From contig JAFUFI010000015.1 of NCBI GenBank assembly GCA_017469945.1, positions 51,427-115,426 on the forward strand: a stretch of 64,000 bases of DNA, read 5' to 3'. Shown piece after piece: positions 48,682 to 58,060 of this stretch. Both the position numbers and the translations under genes were made by a program. The stretch comes from Lachnospiraceae bacterium (GTDB taxonomy: Bacteria; Bacillota; Clostridia; Lachnospirales; Lachnospiraceae). How positions within the stretch are numbered: position 1 is the stretch's first letter; the number at the start of each line of letters is the position of its first letter. The notes beneath the pieces were generated by a model, which was not told the DNA's origin, ran no database searches, and was given only the letters and a program-made list of their open reading frames with translations.

Positions 48682-50625
48682 ATGGAATCGATACTCTATT
48701 TTGATTATATGGCCGTACCGCTCTATCTGATCCTCTTATATTCATCTATAGCAAGGGGGATGACAAAAGGGCGTTCCAGCCGGATCTTCAATTGGATACT
48801 TCTTACTTCTGTCATAGCTACATTTTCGGATCTTGGTTTAGAACTTCTTGTCAGAACAACACCCGTTCCCGATACAAAGCTTGCTTTGGCAAAATTCTTT
48901 GCATACAGTTATTTCCTGTTCCATAATGGGACGGGCTTTTTGTATTTCCTTTTTATCTACTCGATTACAAATACCTGGTACGCTCTCAGAAAGAAGATTC
49001 ATTTTGTCATAGTCTGTGTTCCTTTTGCTGTATTTTTGGGAACGCTTGTTTCAAATCCTTTTACTCAGAAGTGTTTTACTGTTACGGCAGAAAGCGGATA
49101 TACCAGGGGCCCTTTGATGACTGTATTTTACGCGACAGCCTCTGTATACGCGCTTTTTGGACTTGCACATCTTATCTTTTGTATACGATTCCTTGATGTC
49201 AAAAAGTGGCTTGCGCTGGTTTCCATGTATGTCCTTACATATGCCGCTGTTCTTTTCCAGTTCTTTAACGGAGCTTATCTTGTAGAACTTGCCGCTTCAG
49301 CGCTTTCCCTTTTGTTTATTGAACTTGTGGTCCTTAGGCCGGATGAGGTTCTTGACTCAGTTGTAGGGCTTCAAAGCTGGAAAGCATATCTTGATACACT
49401 GCATAAAATAATGATCACAAAGCAGAACGTTCAAGTTCTTGCAATCAAGTTTATCAATGCCAGGGAGGTTAAGACATATCTTGGTGAAGACAGATATCGT
49501 AAGTATATAAGGCTGATCGCTGATAAAGCTCTCGACCTTGCTGCGGCAGAGCATCTCCACGCGGAGCTTTTCTTCGAGCATCCCGGATCGATTTATCTTA
49601 TCATTGATGAACATGACTTTGATTCTCAGAAGGCTATTCCTACTCTTATCGGAACGGTTGAAAAGTATACATACGATTTAAAGGGTACAGGTGCTAAGCT
49701 TAATCCGAAGGTTTGTGCTATAAAATATCCCGACGGCCTCGACAATATCAGAGAGATAAAGCACCTCGGGCACCACTTCCCGGAGCTTATGCCCAGAGAC
49801 CAGATATTTATTGATGCTTCCAATATCAGTAAAACCAAGGAATTCCAGATCATCAATAATATGAATGATATTCTGACGAGGGCTATCAGAGACGAGAAAT
49901 TTGAGGTATATTATCAGCCCATCTATTCAATATGGGATCATAAGTTTATTTCTGCAGAGGCGCTACTTCGTCTTGATGACGAAAGGTACGGACAGATATC
50001 TCCGGCTGACTTTATACCCGAGGCGGAAAGAAGAGGACTTATACTACCCATCGGTGATTTTGTTCTTGATGCGGTTCACAGATTTGCATCAGAGAATGAA
50101 CTTGAAAAGCTTGGTCTTTCTTACATAGAGATCAACCTTTCCGTTGCACAGTGCCTCGAGAGAGAACTCCCCAGCAAGATGGAAGCGCTTCGCAATAAAT
50201 ACAGTGTCGGACCGGATAAGGTTAATCTCGAAATAACCGAGACTTCATACGACAATATCGGAGATATCATGGACGAGAATCTGAAGATTCTCTCCGAACA
50301 GGGATACAGCTTCTCGCTTGACGATTACGGAGTCGGATATTCCAATATACAGAGAGTATCCAAGCTTCCGCTTAAGATTGTTAAGATTGATAAAAGTCTT
50401 GTTGATAATATGAATACGGTATCAGGAAAGTCTATCATGAACAATACCGTACGCATGATGAAGGACATCAATAAGGAACTCGTTATAGAAGGTGTAGAGA
50501 CAAAGGAAGATTTTGATGCGCTCAGGCAGATGGGATGTGACTTTATCCAGGGCTTTTATTTCTCGAAGCCTCTGCCCGCTAAGGATTTTATATCTTTCCT
50601 TAAAGAAAATAATCTTGGAGCTTAA
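48682..50625 (+). CDS. Membrane-bound EAL-domain c-di-GMP phosphodiesterase (multi-TM, degenerate GGDEF, EAL)
   Basis: About 7 TM helices; VYYQP, AEALLR, INLS, EITE, LDDYGVGYSN, KIDKS, IEGVE, IQGFYFSKP. Confidence 0.93.
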   Translation: MESILYFDYMAVPLYLILLYSSIARGMTKGRSSRIFNWILLTSVIATFSDLGLELLVRTTPVPDTKLALAKFFAYSYFLFHNGTGFLYFLFIYSITNTWYALRKKIHFVIVCVPFAVFLGTLVSNPFTQKCFTVTAESGYTRGPLMTVFYATASVYALFGLAHLIFCIRFLDVKKWLALVSMYVLTYAAVLFQFFNGAYLVELAASALSLLFIELVVLRPDEVLDSVVGLQSWKAYLDTLHKIMITKQNVQVLAIKFINAREVKTYLGEDRYRKYIRLIADKALDLAAAEHLHAELFFEHPGSIYLIIDEHDFDSQKAIPTLIGTVEKYTYDLKGTGAKLNPKVCAIKYPDGLDNIREIKHLGHHFPELMPRDQIFIDASNISKTKEFQIINNMNDILTRAIRDEKFEVYYQPIYSIWDHKFISAEALLRLDDERYGQISPADFIPEAERRGLILPIGDFVLDAVHRFASENELEKLGLSYIEINLSVAQCLERELPSKMEALRNKYSVGPDKVNLEITETSYDNIGDIMDENLKILSEQGYSFSLDDYGVGYSNIQRVSKLPLKIVKIDKSLVDNMNTVSGKSIMNNTVRMMKDINKELVIEGVETKEDFDALRQMGCDFIQGFYFSKPLPAKDFISFLKENNLGA

Positions 50626-50639
50626 AAGACCTTGGACTA

Positions 50640-51434
50640 TTACTCAAAAAATCCAAGGTCGGATAAAGCTTTTGCCAGGCCGTCTTCGCTTGCCTTACCG
50701 GCAAGGTGGGCGGCTTTTACTTTTAGTTCATGGGACTCGGTATTCCCCATAACGACGCTGTGTTTTACGTAGGAGAGCATAGCAAGGTCGTTGTTGCTGT
50801 CGCCGAAAGCGTAAGCCGAGTCCAAGGGGAGATTATAGTAGTCAAGAACTTTTTGAAGGCCGGTAGCTTTGCTGTAACCTTTGGGTACAAACTCTCTGAA
50901 GGTTCCGCCTCTGTCTATGCAGTCATAGTACTTATCTGTAAACTTTCTTATCTCATTAAGCTGAGATTCTTCTCTATACCAGATGACAAACTTATCACAG
51001 GTAAATGCGGGATTGTCAATATCCATCGCGATATCGTAGTTTCTGTCAAGAAACCTTTGGCACTGCCTTATAGCATCCGGGTGGGTTAATGTATGCTTCG
51101 GGTCGAAAGTAACGTAGTATCTGCACTCATAGAGGGTGTCGACATCTATTTTCCTTGATAAATCGATAAGCTCGTGAATTCGGTCTGCAGGCTGACTTTC
51201 ATAAGAAAGCGTTTCATTACCGATCATTATATGCGTACCGCAGCCGTTTACGTATCCGTCAAAGCCAACTTCCCTGAACCTTTCCTCAACGTTTTGAAAG
51301 CAACGCCCGGTGTTAATAAACATAAGGTTTCCGGCCTGCCTTGCTCTTTGGATGGCCGATTTGGCGCTGTCAGGCACAGAGCCGTCTTTTTCTGAAGTTA
51401 ATGTTCCGTCTATATCAAAAAATGCTATTTTCAT
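50640..51434 (-). CDS. Cof-type HAD-IIB hydrolase
   Basis: FFDIDGTL, INTGR, SKATG, AFGDSNNDLAML. Confidence 0.95.
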   Translation of the reverse strand: MKIAFFDIDGTLTSEKDGSVPDSAKSAIQRARQAGNLMFINTGRCFQNVEERFREVGFDGYVNGCGTHIMIGNETLSYESQPADRIHELIDLSRKIDVDTLYECRYYVTFDPKHTLTHPDAIRQCQRFLDRNYDIAMDIDNPAFTCDKFVIWYREESQLNEIRKFTDKYYDCIDRGGTFREFVPKGYSKATGLQKVLDYYNLPLDSAYAFGDSNNDLAMLSYVKHSVVMGNTESHELKVKAAHLAGKASEDGLAKALSDLGFFE

Positions 51435-51587
51435 AATTCTTGATTTCCAAATAAACTGTTAGTTTAACAACACTGGTATCTTAACAGATACTCTGATTGC
51501 TGTAAATACTGTTGGAAACAAGGTATTGGTAATGCTATAATAGTATCATTTGGAAATTACCAATCTATATATTGTAGGGGGACAGTT

Positions 51588-52406
51588 ATGGACAATAAAT
51601 TAATGAAAGTAAAATTAAAAACAGAAAAACTTCTGGCTGGATTGAATATATTGAAAAACGTAGTCGGAGAAGATGCGAGAGTTGTGATGCTTGCACTAAT
51701 TGGACCAAAGTATAATGAGCGGAACGAAGGTTATGTGAGAACTGCATTAAGAATGATAAGCGCTACGTTGGCGGATTTTTGCATAGAGTTGTACGAGGAT
51801 GACGTTGAAATCTGTGATCAAACTTGGGATAACTTCTATATTCCTAACATGAGTCTTTCTGAATTATTAATGATCATAGCGAAAGCAGATAAGTCGGGAG
51901 AGACAGAAATGATCTTTGAGAAAGGCGGAGACAATTTGACTGTTCACGCAAAATTCATGTCTGCAAGCAATGAAGGCGTAAGTATTTCTCATGATTTTTC
52001 TGCTACAGAAGAAAGAGGCAAACATGGAGTGATTTTAGATTCTATGGACAGTGAAAGGTTTAATCTTCTCAGCTATAAAAACGTTTTTTTGGGGGGCTAT
52101 GGAATTGTCCCCATCACACGGACACAACTCATCAGCGAGCTTTCAAAAGGTATACAGGATGGCAATGACACTATCGTTGTTTCAGCAGATATTTCAGCAT
52201 TCTGGCGCGCTTATACCGATCCTATCGTAACATTCACTTTTAATATACAGCAAGCAAAGATGATTTGTACTGTAATAAAGGAATATGAGGCTAAATATGT
52301 GTTGATTTGGGAAATTCGTGAAAAAACAAAGTTTATCAGTGATGACAAAAATAATTTCTACATGCAGTTTACTCCCGGATGCAACGATATTTTTGGAAGA
52401 GGATAA
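51588..52406 (+). CDS. Hypothetical protein, possible two-domain sliding-clamp (beta-clamp/PCNA-like) fold
   Basis: 272 aa; extended -10 TGCTATAAT (51532-51540) and RBS GGGGGA. The clamp similarity is by-eye pattern matching only. Confidence 0.45.
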   Translation: MDNKLMKVKLKTEKLLAGLNILKNVVGEDARVVMLALIGPKYNERNEGYVRTALRMISATLADFCIELYEDDVEICDQTWDNFYIPNMSLSELLMIIAKADKSGETEMIFEKGGDNLTVHAKFMSASNEGVSISHDFSATEERGKHGVILDSMDSERFNLLSYKNVFLGGYGIVPITRTQLISELSKGIQDGNDTIVVSADISAFWRAYTDPIVTFTFNIQQAKMICTVIKEYEAKYVLIWEIREKTKFISDDKNNFYMQFTPGCNDIFGRG

Positions 52407-52428
52407 ATAAGAACGGAGGAAAAATATT

Positions 52429-52725
52429 ATGAGCGCAATAGAAAAAAGTCAGTATCTTTCGCCGGAACATTATCCGGAGATTGGCGGAGATGATTGGATG
52501 TGGAATGATGAATATTATGACGGAGATCCCAATATTCCCCAAGAGGTAATGGATGAAGTTGAAAAAGAACTTGAGGAAATGTTTAAGGATTATCCGAGGG
52601 GGATGGGATTTTGCCATGTTTATTGGCATCATAAAAAACAGGCTCTGGCGGCGCGCGGATATAGATGGGAAAGCCCACAGGATATCGCAAATGCAGATCC
52701 GCATAACAGAATAATATATGACTAA
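52429..52725 (+). CDS. Small acidic hypothetical protein with a GMGFCHxYWxxKK...WxSP motif
   Basis: RBS GGAGG; 98 aa. Confidence 0.75.
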   Translation: MSAIEKSQYLSPEHYPEIGGDDWMWNDEYYDGDPNIPQEVMDEVEKELEEMFKDYPRGMGFCHVYWHHKKQALAARGYRWESPQDIANADPHNRIIYD

Positions 52726-52751
52726 AGAGAGACAGAAAGAGGAATGACAGG

Positions 52752-52976
52752 ATGGATGAAGTAATAATTGATAACTCCTTGTATGATAGGATTCTATCCG
52801 GAAAAAGAATCAATCCCGCTGATTATAAAGCAATACCATACTGGGCGCTTAGTGCTAACAGCGGATATTTTATTTTTGATGACAGACCGGACGAGAACGG
52901 GAAGTATACAGATAATGGCAGAATCCCTGAAAATGCGTGGGATGTTACTTGTATTTATGACGGAGTTTTAGGATGA
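52752..52976 (+). CDS. Small hypothetical protein
   Basis: 74 aa; RBS-like AGAGG/CAGGA; stop overlaps the next ATG (ATGA), suggesting translational coupling. Confidence 0.6.
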   Translation: MDEVIIDNSLYDRILSGKRINPADYKAIPYWALSANSGYFIFDDRPDENGKYTDNGRIPENAWDVTCIYDGVLG

Positions 52977-55426
52977 AAGAACTGGAGATTAAAAAGCCTT
53001 GGGCGGTTTGGCCAACGGGGCGCATCGAGGAGAGAGATGTATATCATCCCCTTGAATATGCGTGGGATTATGACGGTGCAGATGATCTACCGATTTGTTT
53101 TAGAAATTTGAGAGAGCAGCTTCAATCTGATCCAGAATCAGTCAGCACAGATACTAAGCTTTCTAAAAGTCTAAAAGGCGCATATTTATATGCATCCGAT
53201 GCATACACTAAGCAGATGGAGGGGGCTGAGCTTATTCTTGAAGCGGCTAAGGATGAATGCCCTATCGGCATGCGAGAGTATGCAGTTGTATTGCTTGAGG
53301 GACTTGTTTGTGATAGAAATCCTGAGATAGCTTGTAAATGGCTACATTTAGCTGCGAGATATGGAGATAAAAAGGCTTTACGCATTCTTGTTTATTCCAT
53401 GTTTGGAGTTGAGAAACTTGTTGCTGTACCAAGAAAGGAAACTCTGGCAGGAGATTCACAGGGGCGTACTATATTAATATCAGATCTGTTTAATGATATG
53501 GAAATTACTGATAAGGACAGGCTGGTATATTTAAAACTTCTGATTGAACTTTCTGGGGTGCGGAGACCAAGCGGAAAAATCGGCATTCGACACGCTCCTA
53601 CTAGTTTGGATCGCAGATTTATGGGACTATTATTTGGTTATATTTTGCTTGCTAAAAAGATTGACCCCGATTTATTGCTTGAAAAATGGTTTGTAGAATA
53701 TAGATTCGACAAAAAGTTTCTACTTGAGGCTATTGAAAAAGAGCCGCTATACGACGGAGTCGTTATCAAAAATAAAATGACTTCGGATGAGCAAATGAAG
53801 GTAGTTAACGACCTTTATGAACAGTTAGATAAAAAGAAAAAGGAACTGGAAAAGGCAAAGAAAAAAGCAGAAGAATTGAAAAAAGAAAATATTCATCCGG
53901 AAATTGTCGATGAAGAGACAGGGGAATTAACTGAATTTCCCCCTTTGTTTCAAGGAAGATATAATGATTACGACTTATATGATAGTTCTTCAATCTGTAA
54001 CGCATCCAGAGCGGAGTTGATTCATTGGACTTTAGCTAAGGGAAGCGGATGGCTAAGTTGTAACCACCGTGTAAATCCGCATAGTTTGGTATACTGTGCG
54101 AGAACCTTGGTTCGCAGGGCACTCAACAAGGGGCAAGACATTTGTAACATAAAAGAGCGTAATCGCTTGATCGAGGCGATAACGCTGATAATACAGATGA
54201 AGAATGTTAGGGAAAGTAAATTCAACTGTCTTGAAGGTTTTAGAGATAGTAATGATTACAAATATATTTTGAAAGAAGAGCAGGATATATTTGAATTAAT
54301 TGATTCATCGCCAAACAGAGATGAAATATACTATGATCTTTGCAAGCATTTTAATTATAGTCCTCTTAAAGAAAAAGCCGTGCATATTTTGATCGATAAA
54401 TATTGTGATAATTACAATGCTGATGAGATCGCCGGTTTAAAAGACGAGATTGAAAAGAATGCATTGCCCAGAGAGGCTTCATTTCTTCTTGGACTTCGTT
54501 ATGAAAGAGGACTTGGAACGGATCCGGACTGGGAAAACGCTGCGAAGTGTTTTAAGGATGGCAATGGTGGATTGTTTTCAGATCAGTGCAAGATCCATTT
54601 GGAAAAAATAGAGAGCAGCATGGAAGATTTTAACGACCTTAAGAATTCTCTTAATCTTCTACGTACTGATCAGGCTGCAACGGGAGGAGAAGAGATCGAC
54701 AAGCTTGTTAAAAAGGGATTCGATCTCGCAATGTATTTGGTTGCAAAGCAAAAGATGGAGCTTGATCCCGACATAGCTGAGCAGAATTATTATGATCTTG
54801 ATTTTGAGGGAGGAATAACGCTTCTGAAAAAAGCGGCAGAAAAGGGAAGCATTTCCGCTATCTGTGAATTGGTGAGATTATATAAGTATGGAGTTGCAAC
54901 CTCGAGGGGCGGTTATATCTACCTTGACAAAGTTGAGGCAAATAAATACCGGGATATTCTTCAAAGAATAATAAAAGAGGAACTCGGGGTAGTAGAGACA
55001 TCAAATAGGGCATATTCGATAGCCGAATTATTTCTTTCGATGGAGTGGAAGTACGATATAAAAGCGGGAGAGTTTAAATGGCAATCAGTTGAGCCCGGAT
55101 CAAAATATATTGAGGTGAATGATGGAGAGGATTACATCAGCAGTAGTAGCTCACTTTTAGATTTATTCGCATCATCAGGTGGTTCAAGTTCATACATTGA
55201 CGACGATGACTACCCATGTTCGAACAATAACTCTGATTACAATAGCTATGACGATGACCCCGGCTATGGAACCTATGAGGAAGATACCGGCGGTAGCTAT
55301 GGAAACAACAGTAATAGCAGCAATTCAGGTGAATATGACGATTTTTCTGATTACTGGCATGCTAATAATGGTTGGGAAAAGGGACTTTCCGGAAATGCAG
55401 AAGAAGATCAATGGCACTATCGGTGA
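52973..55426 (+). CDS. SEL1-like repeat protein with an acidic low-complexity C-terminal tail
   Basis: GMREYAVVLLEGLVCDRNPEIACKWLHLAARYGD, ASFLLGLRYERGLGTDPDWENAAKCF, LLKKAAEKGSISAICELVRLYKYG; D/S/N/Y-rich last ~90 aa; no signal peptide. Confidence 0.8.
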   Translation: MKELEIKKPWAVWPTGRIEERDVYHPLEYAWDYDGADDLPICFRNLREQLQSDPESVSTDTKLSKSLKGAYLYASDAYTKQMEGAELILEAAKDECPIGMREYAVVLLEGLVCDRNPEIACKWLHLAARYGDKKALRILVYSMFGVEKLVAVPRKETLAGDSQGRTILISDLFNDMEITDKDRLVYLKLLIELSGVRRPSGKIGIRHAPTSLDRRFMGLLFGYILLAKKIDPDLLLEKWFVEYRFDKKFLLEAIEKEPLYDGVVIKNKMTSDEQMKVVNDLYEQLDKKKKELEKAKKKAEELKKENIHPEIVDEETGELTEFPPLFQGRYNDYDLYDSSSICNASRAELIHWTLAKGSGWLSCNHRVNPHSLVYCARTLVRRALNKGQDICNIKERNRLIEAITLIIQMKNVRESKFNCLEGFRDSNDYKYILKEEQDIFELIDSSPNRDEIYYDLCKHFNYSPLKEKAVHILIDKYCDNYNADEIAGLKDEIEKNALPREASFLLGLRYERGLGTDPDWENAAKCFKDGNGGLFSDQCKIHLEKIESSMEDFNDLKNSLNLLRTDQAATGGEEIDKLVKKGFDLAMYLVAKQKMELDPDIAEQNYYDLDFEGGITLLKKAAEKGSISAICELVRLYKYGVATSRGGYIYLDKVEANKYRDILQRIIKEELGVVETSNRAYSIAELFLSMEWKYDIKAGEFKWQSVEPGSKYIEVNDGEDYISSSSSLLDLFASSGGSSSYIDDDDYPCSNNNSDYNSYDDDPGYGTYEEDTGGSYGNNSNSSNSGEYDDFSDYWHANNGWEKGLSGNAEEDQWHYR

Positions 55427-55483
55427 TATATTTTTCTGTTAAAAAATATCTAAACGGTGCGTAATGCATGCGGCATCTTCTTG

Positions 55484-55520
55484 ATACCTACGTCGAGACA
55501 ATCGACGTAGGTATTTTTTT
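55484..55520 (+). terminator. Intrinsic terminator closing the island operon
   Basis: 13-bp stem ATACCTACGTCGA/TCGACGTAGGTAT followed by a T tract. Confidence 0.85.
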
Positions 55521-55544
55521 ATAACGAGGAACAGAAAAAAAGTA

Positions 55545-55643
55545 TTGACAGAGGTGTTACATAGTGATATATTTACTACGACAGATGTAGTACGACAGTC
55601 GTTGGAACGACAGTAGAAGCAACGATAGACGTTATAACGACAG
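55545..55643 (+). promoter_or_regulatory. padR promoter and five-copy operator array
   Basis: TTGACA (55545)-17 bp-TATATT with TG extension; ACGA(C/T)AG at 55578, 55592, 55607, 55622, 55637. Confidence 0.75.
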
Positions 55644-55682
55644 GTAAAGTAAATATATGCAGCTTGAAAGGAGAGAAAAGCG

Positions 55683-56033
55683 ATGACAGAGATCAGCAGC
55701 GATGTTATTCGCGGATGCAATGACACGATCATCCTGTATTGCCTGCTTTCGGAACCGTCTTACGGATATGAAATTTCCAAGATGATCAAGACTAAGTCCG
55801 AAGGTAAGTACATTATCAAGGAGACAACTCTTTACTCCGCTTTTTCAAGAATGGAGAAAAACGGATATGTGGAATCTTATTCCGGCGAAGCGGAAGGAAC
55901 GGGGAAAAAACGTACGTATTACCGCATAACAGACGAAGGCAGAAAGTATTATTCGGAAAAATGCGAAGAGTGGACCCTTACCAAGGAAGTAATCGAGAGA
56001 TTTATAGAGGAGAACAGCAATGGAAACTATTAA
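55683..56033 (+). CDS. PadR family transcriptional regulator
   Basis: SYGYEISK, IKETTLYSAFSRMEKNG, RTYYRITDEGR, WTLTKEVI. Confidence 0.95.
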   Translation: MTEISSDVIRGCNDTIILYCLLSEPSYGYEISKMIKTKSEGKYIIKETTLYSAFSRMEKNGYVESYSGEAEGTGKKRTYYRITDEGRKYYSEKCEEWTLTKEVIERFIEENSNGNY

Positions 56034-57042
56034 AAACTATCTTGACGCTATGTTTGCAAATCTTCCCAACAAAACGTCGGTTAAAAAGGCCAAGGATGAA
56101 CTTTGGCAGATGATGGAAGATAAGTTTAATGAGCTTATTGCCGAAGGAAAGACAGAAAATGAAGCTGTGGGAACAGTTATCTCGGAGTTCGGTAACTTAA
56201 GCGAACTTGCGGAAGTCTTGGGACTTGAGGACGAAGTAGGCCGGGACGAAGCGGGGGACGAAACTGAAACAGAAGCCGAGAGATTTACTAAGGATGAGGC
56301 GCCTGCAATCATTATCGCAAGAGATGAGGCGGAGAATCTTCTTAAAGAAAGCGCGGAAAGATCAACGAAGATAAGTCTCGGAATCGCGCTTTGCGTTATG
56401 AGCCCCGTTCTTGGAATCATTTCAGAAGCCGTTTTAAACGGAAAGGGAAGCTTTATAAACTTCTTGCTTGTATGCCTTACGGTGGCGGCCGGCGTGATAA
56501 TGATCGTGCTTGGAGCAAACGCAGGCGAGAACTGGAAGAAGTATTCAAAGAAAAAATGCACCCTTTCTATGGATGCCACAAAGTTCGTTGCCGAAGAGAA
56601 AGCAATTTACGATAGGACCCATACTCTTATACTAACCGTTGGCATTTTGCTTTTTGTAGTAAGCTGGATCCCTGCTGTTATCATTTCGAATGTGATTCCG
56701 GCATTTGATGACCTTGGCGGTGCATTCTTCTTTATCTGCGTAGGCATCGGAGTACTTCTTGTTGTATACAGCAGCTTACGTTCAAGAGGATATGAAAGCC
56801 TTCTTAAGCTTAACGGAAGCGGTACGATCAAGTATTCATACGAGCCTGAGGAACAGGGTGAGTACAAATATATCAGCCCGATCGCAGACTTTTGCATGTC
56901 AATCTATTGGCCTTTTATGACCTGCCTCTATCTTATTTTAAGCTTTACGACAATGTACTGGGGACTTACCTGGATCATCTGGCCCGTAGCCGGTGTATTA
57001 CATAGGCCTTTAAAGAAGGCTCTCAGATACAAAGAACAGTAG
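56020..57042 (+). CDS. Membrane protein with an N-terminal permease-prefix (HAAS/DUF1700-like) domain
   Basis: IKNYLDAMFANLP...KDELWQMMEDKFNELIAEGKTENEAVGTVISEFG followed by about 6 TM helices. Confidence 0.8.
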   Translation: METIKNYLDAMFANLPNKTSVKKAKDELWQMMEDKFNELIAEGKTENEAVGTVISEFGNLSELAEVLGLEDEVGRDEAGDETETEAERFTKDEAPAIIIARDEAENLLKESAERSTKISLGIALCVMSPVLGIISEAVLNGKGSFINFLLVCLTVAAGVIMIVLGANAGENWKKYSKKKCTLSMDATKFVAEEKAIYDRTHTLILTVGILLFVVSWIPAVIISNVIPAFDDLGGAFFFICVGIGVLLVVYSSLRSRGYESLLKLNGSGTIKYSYEPEEQGEYKYISPIADFCMSIYWPFMTCLYLILSFTTMYWGLTWIIWPVAGVLHRPLKKALRYKEQ

Positions 57043-57081
57043 ATAGGCAACTGATATACAGATTAAATAAGGAGTAAGGAT

Positions 57082-57957
57082 ATGAAAGCACTCAAAACAA
57101 TAGCAATTGTTATAATGTTTACGTTAACCGCAATCGTCATCGCTTTGGTTATCGGAAGAAGATTTAACGGATTTAAAAGCGGAAGGTTTGATATTGCGGC
57201 CATGAATAAAGAATTTGAAGAAGTAGAGGGAAAACTGGAGAGCTTTAAGGACATAGAGGTTAACTCGGATGTGGTTTCTCTTAGGATAGAGAAGGGAAAC
57301 GATTTTGGATACATGTATAAGTTCCCCGAAAATGTAAATGTTGATTTTAATGTTGAGGATGAGAAATTAAAAGTAACAGTTAAATTCCCTGTTAATTTTA
57401 TAGGAAACGCCGGACTCAGATTCCCTAAGGACGGATACCAGATGGTTATTTATGTTCCCGAAGGAACAAAGCTCGGTGATCTTGAGACCAATTTTGACGC
57501 AGGTGATATGAGGGTTTCAGGTTTTACTTTTGAAAAGATTAATATTGACGGGGACGCGGGGAATGTTATTTTCGACAATATTAAATCCGAAAAGTTAAGT
57601 ATAAAGACTGATGCCGGCAATGTAGAGATCAGCGATTCAAAGGTAGGAGATACCAATATTTCTTCCGACGCAGGTAACATCGAACTGACAGATGTTACGG
57701 CAAAAGATATTAACGCCGATACCGATATGGGTAATATTGAACTTAAAAATACCGACTTCGAGGAAGGAGAGTTTACTTCCGAACTCGGAAATATAGAGGT
57801 CTTCGGAGACTTTAAAAAGATCACCGCAAAGTGCAGCCTCGGAAACGTTGAGATTGATTCCGATACCATCGAAAGCGCTAAGATAAGTGCCAAAGTATCA
57901 ATGGGAGCTCTGAAAATCGGAGGAAAGCATATAAAAGGTACTGAGTATAATCAGTAA
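57082..57957 (+). CDS. DUF4097 family beta-strand repeat protein
   Basis: N-terminal TM helix; repeats D.DAGN.E, DTDMGNIE, SELGNIE, CSLGNVE. Confidence 0.88.
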   Translation: MKALKTIAIVIMFTLTAIVIALVIGRRFNGFKSGRFDIAAMNKEFEEVEGKLESFKDIEVNSDVVSLRIEKGNDFGYMYKFPENVNVDFNVEDEKLKVTVKFPVNFIGNAGLRFPKDGYQMVIYVPEGTKLGDLETNFDAGDMRVSGFTFEKINIDGDAGNVIFDNIKSEKLSIKTDAGNVEISDSKVGDTNISSDAGNIELTDVTAKDINADTDMGNIELKNTDFEEGEFTSELGNIEVFGDFKKITAKCSLGNVEIDSDTIESAKISAKVSMGALKIGGKHIKGTEYNQ

Positions 57958-58060
57958 AGATCTGTAAAAAGGCTTGAAAAAACTGAAAAAATCCATATTT
58001 TATGTTGACTTTTGTATATTTAAAGCGTAATATAAGTTATGTAAATTATGGTAACTATTG

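Noticed and set aside
51435-55545. att sites or terminal inverted repeats bounding the island
   Set aside because: Only short AT-rich matches (TTAACAGA/TCTGTTAA) compatible with chance; no recombinase in the window.
55574-55643. CRISPR array
   Set aside because: The period of ~15 bp is far too short for repeat plus spacer; no cas genes; the position fits an operator.
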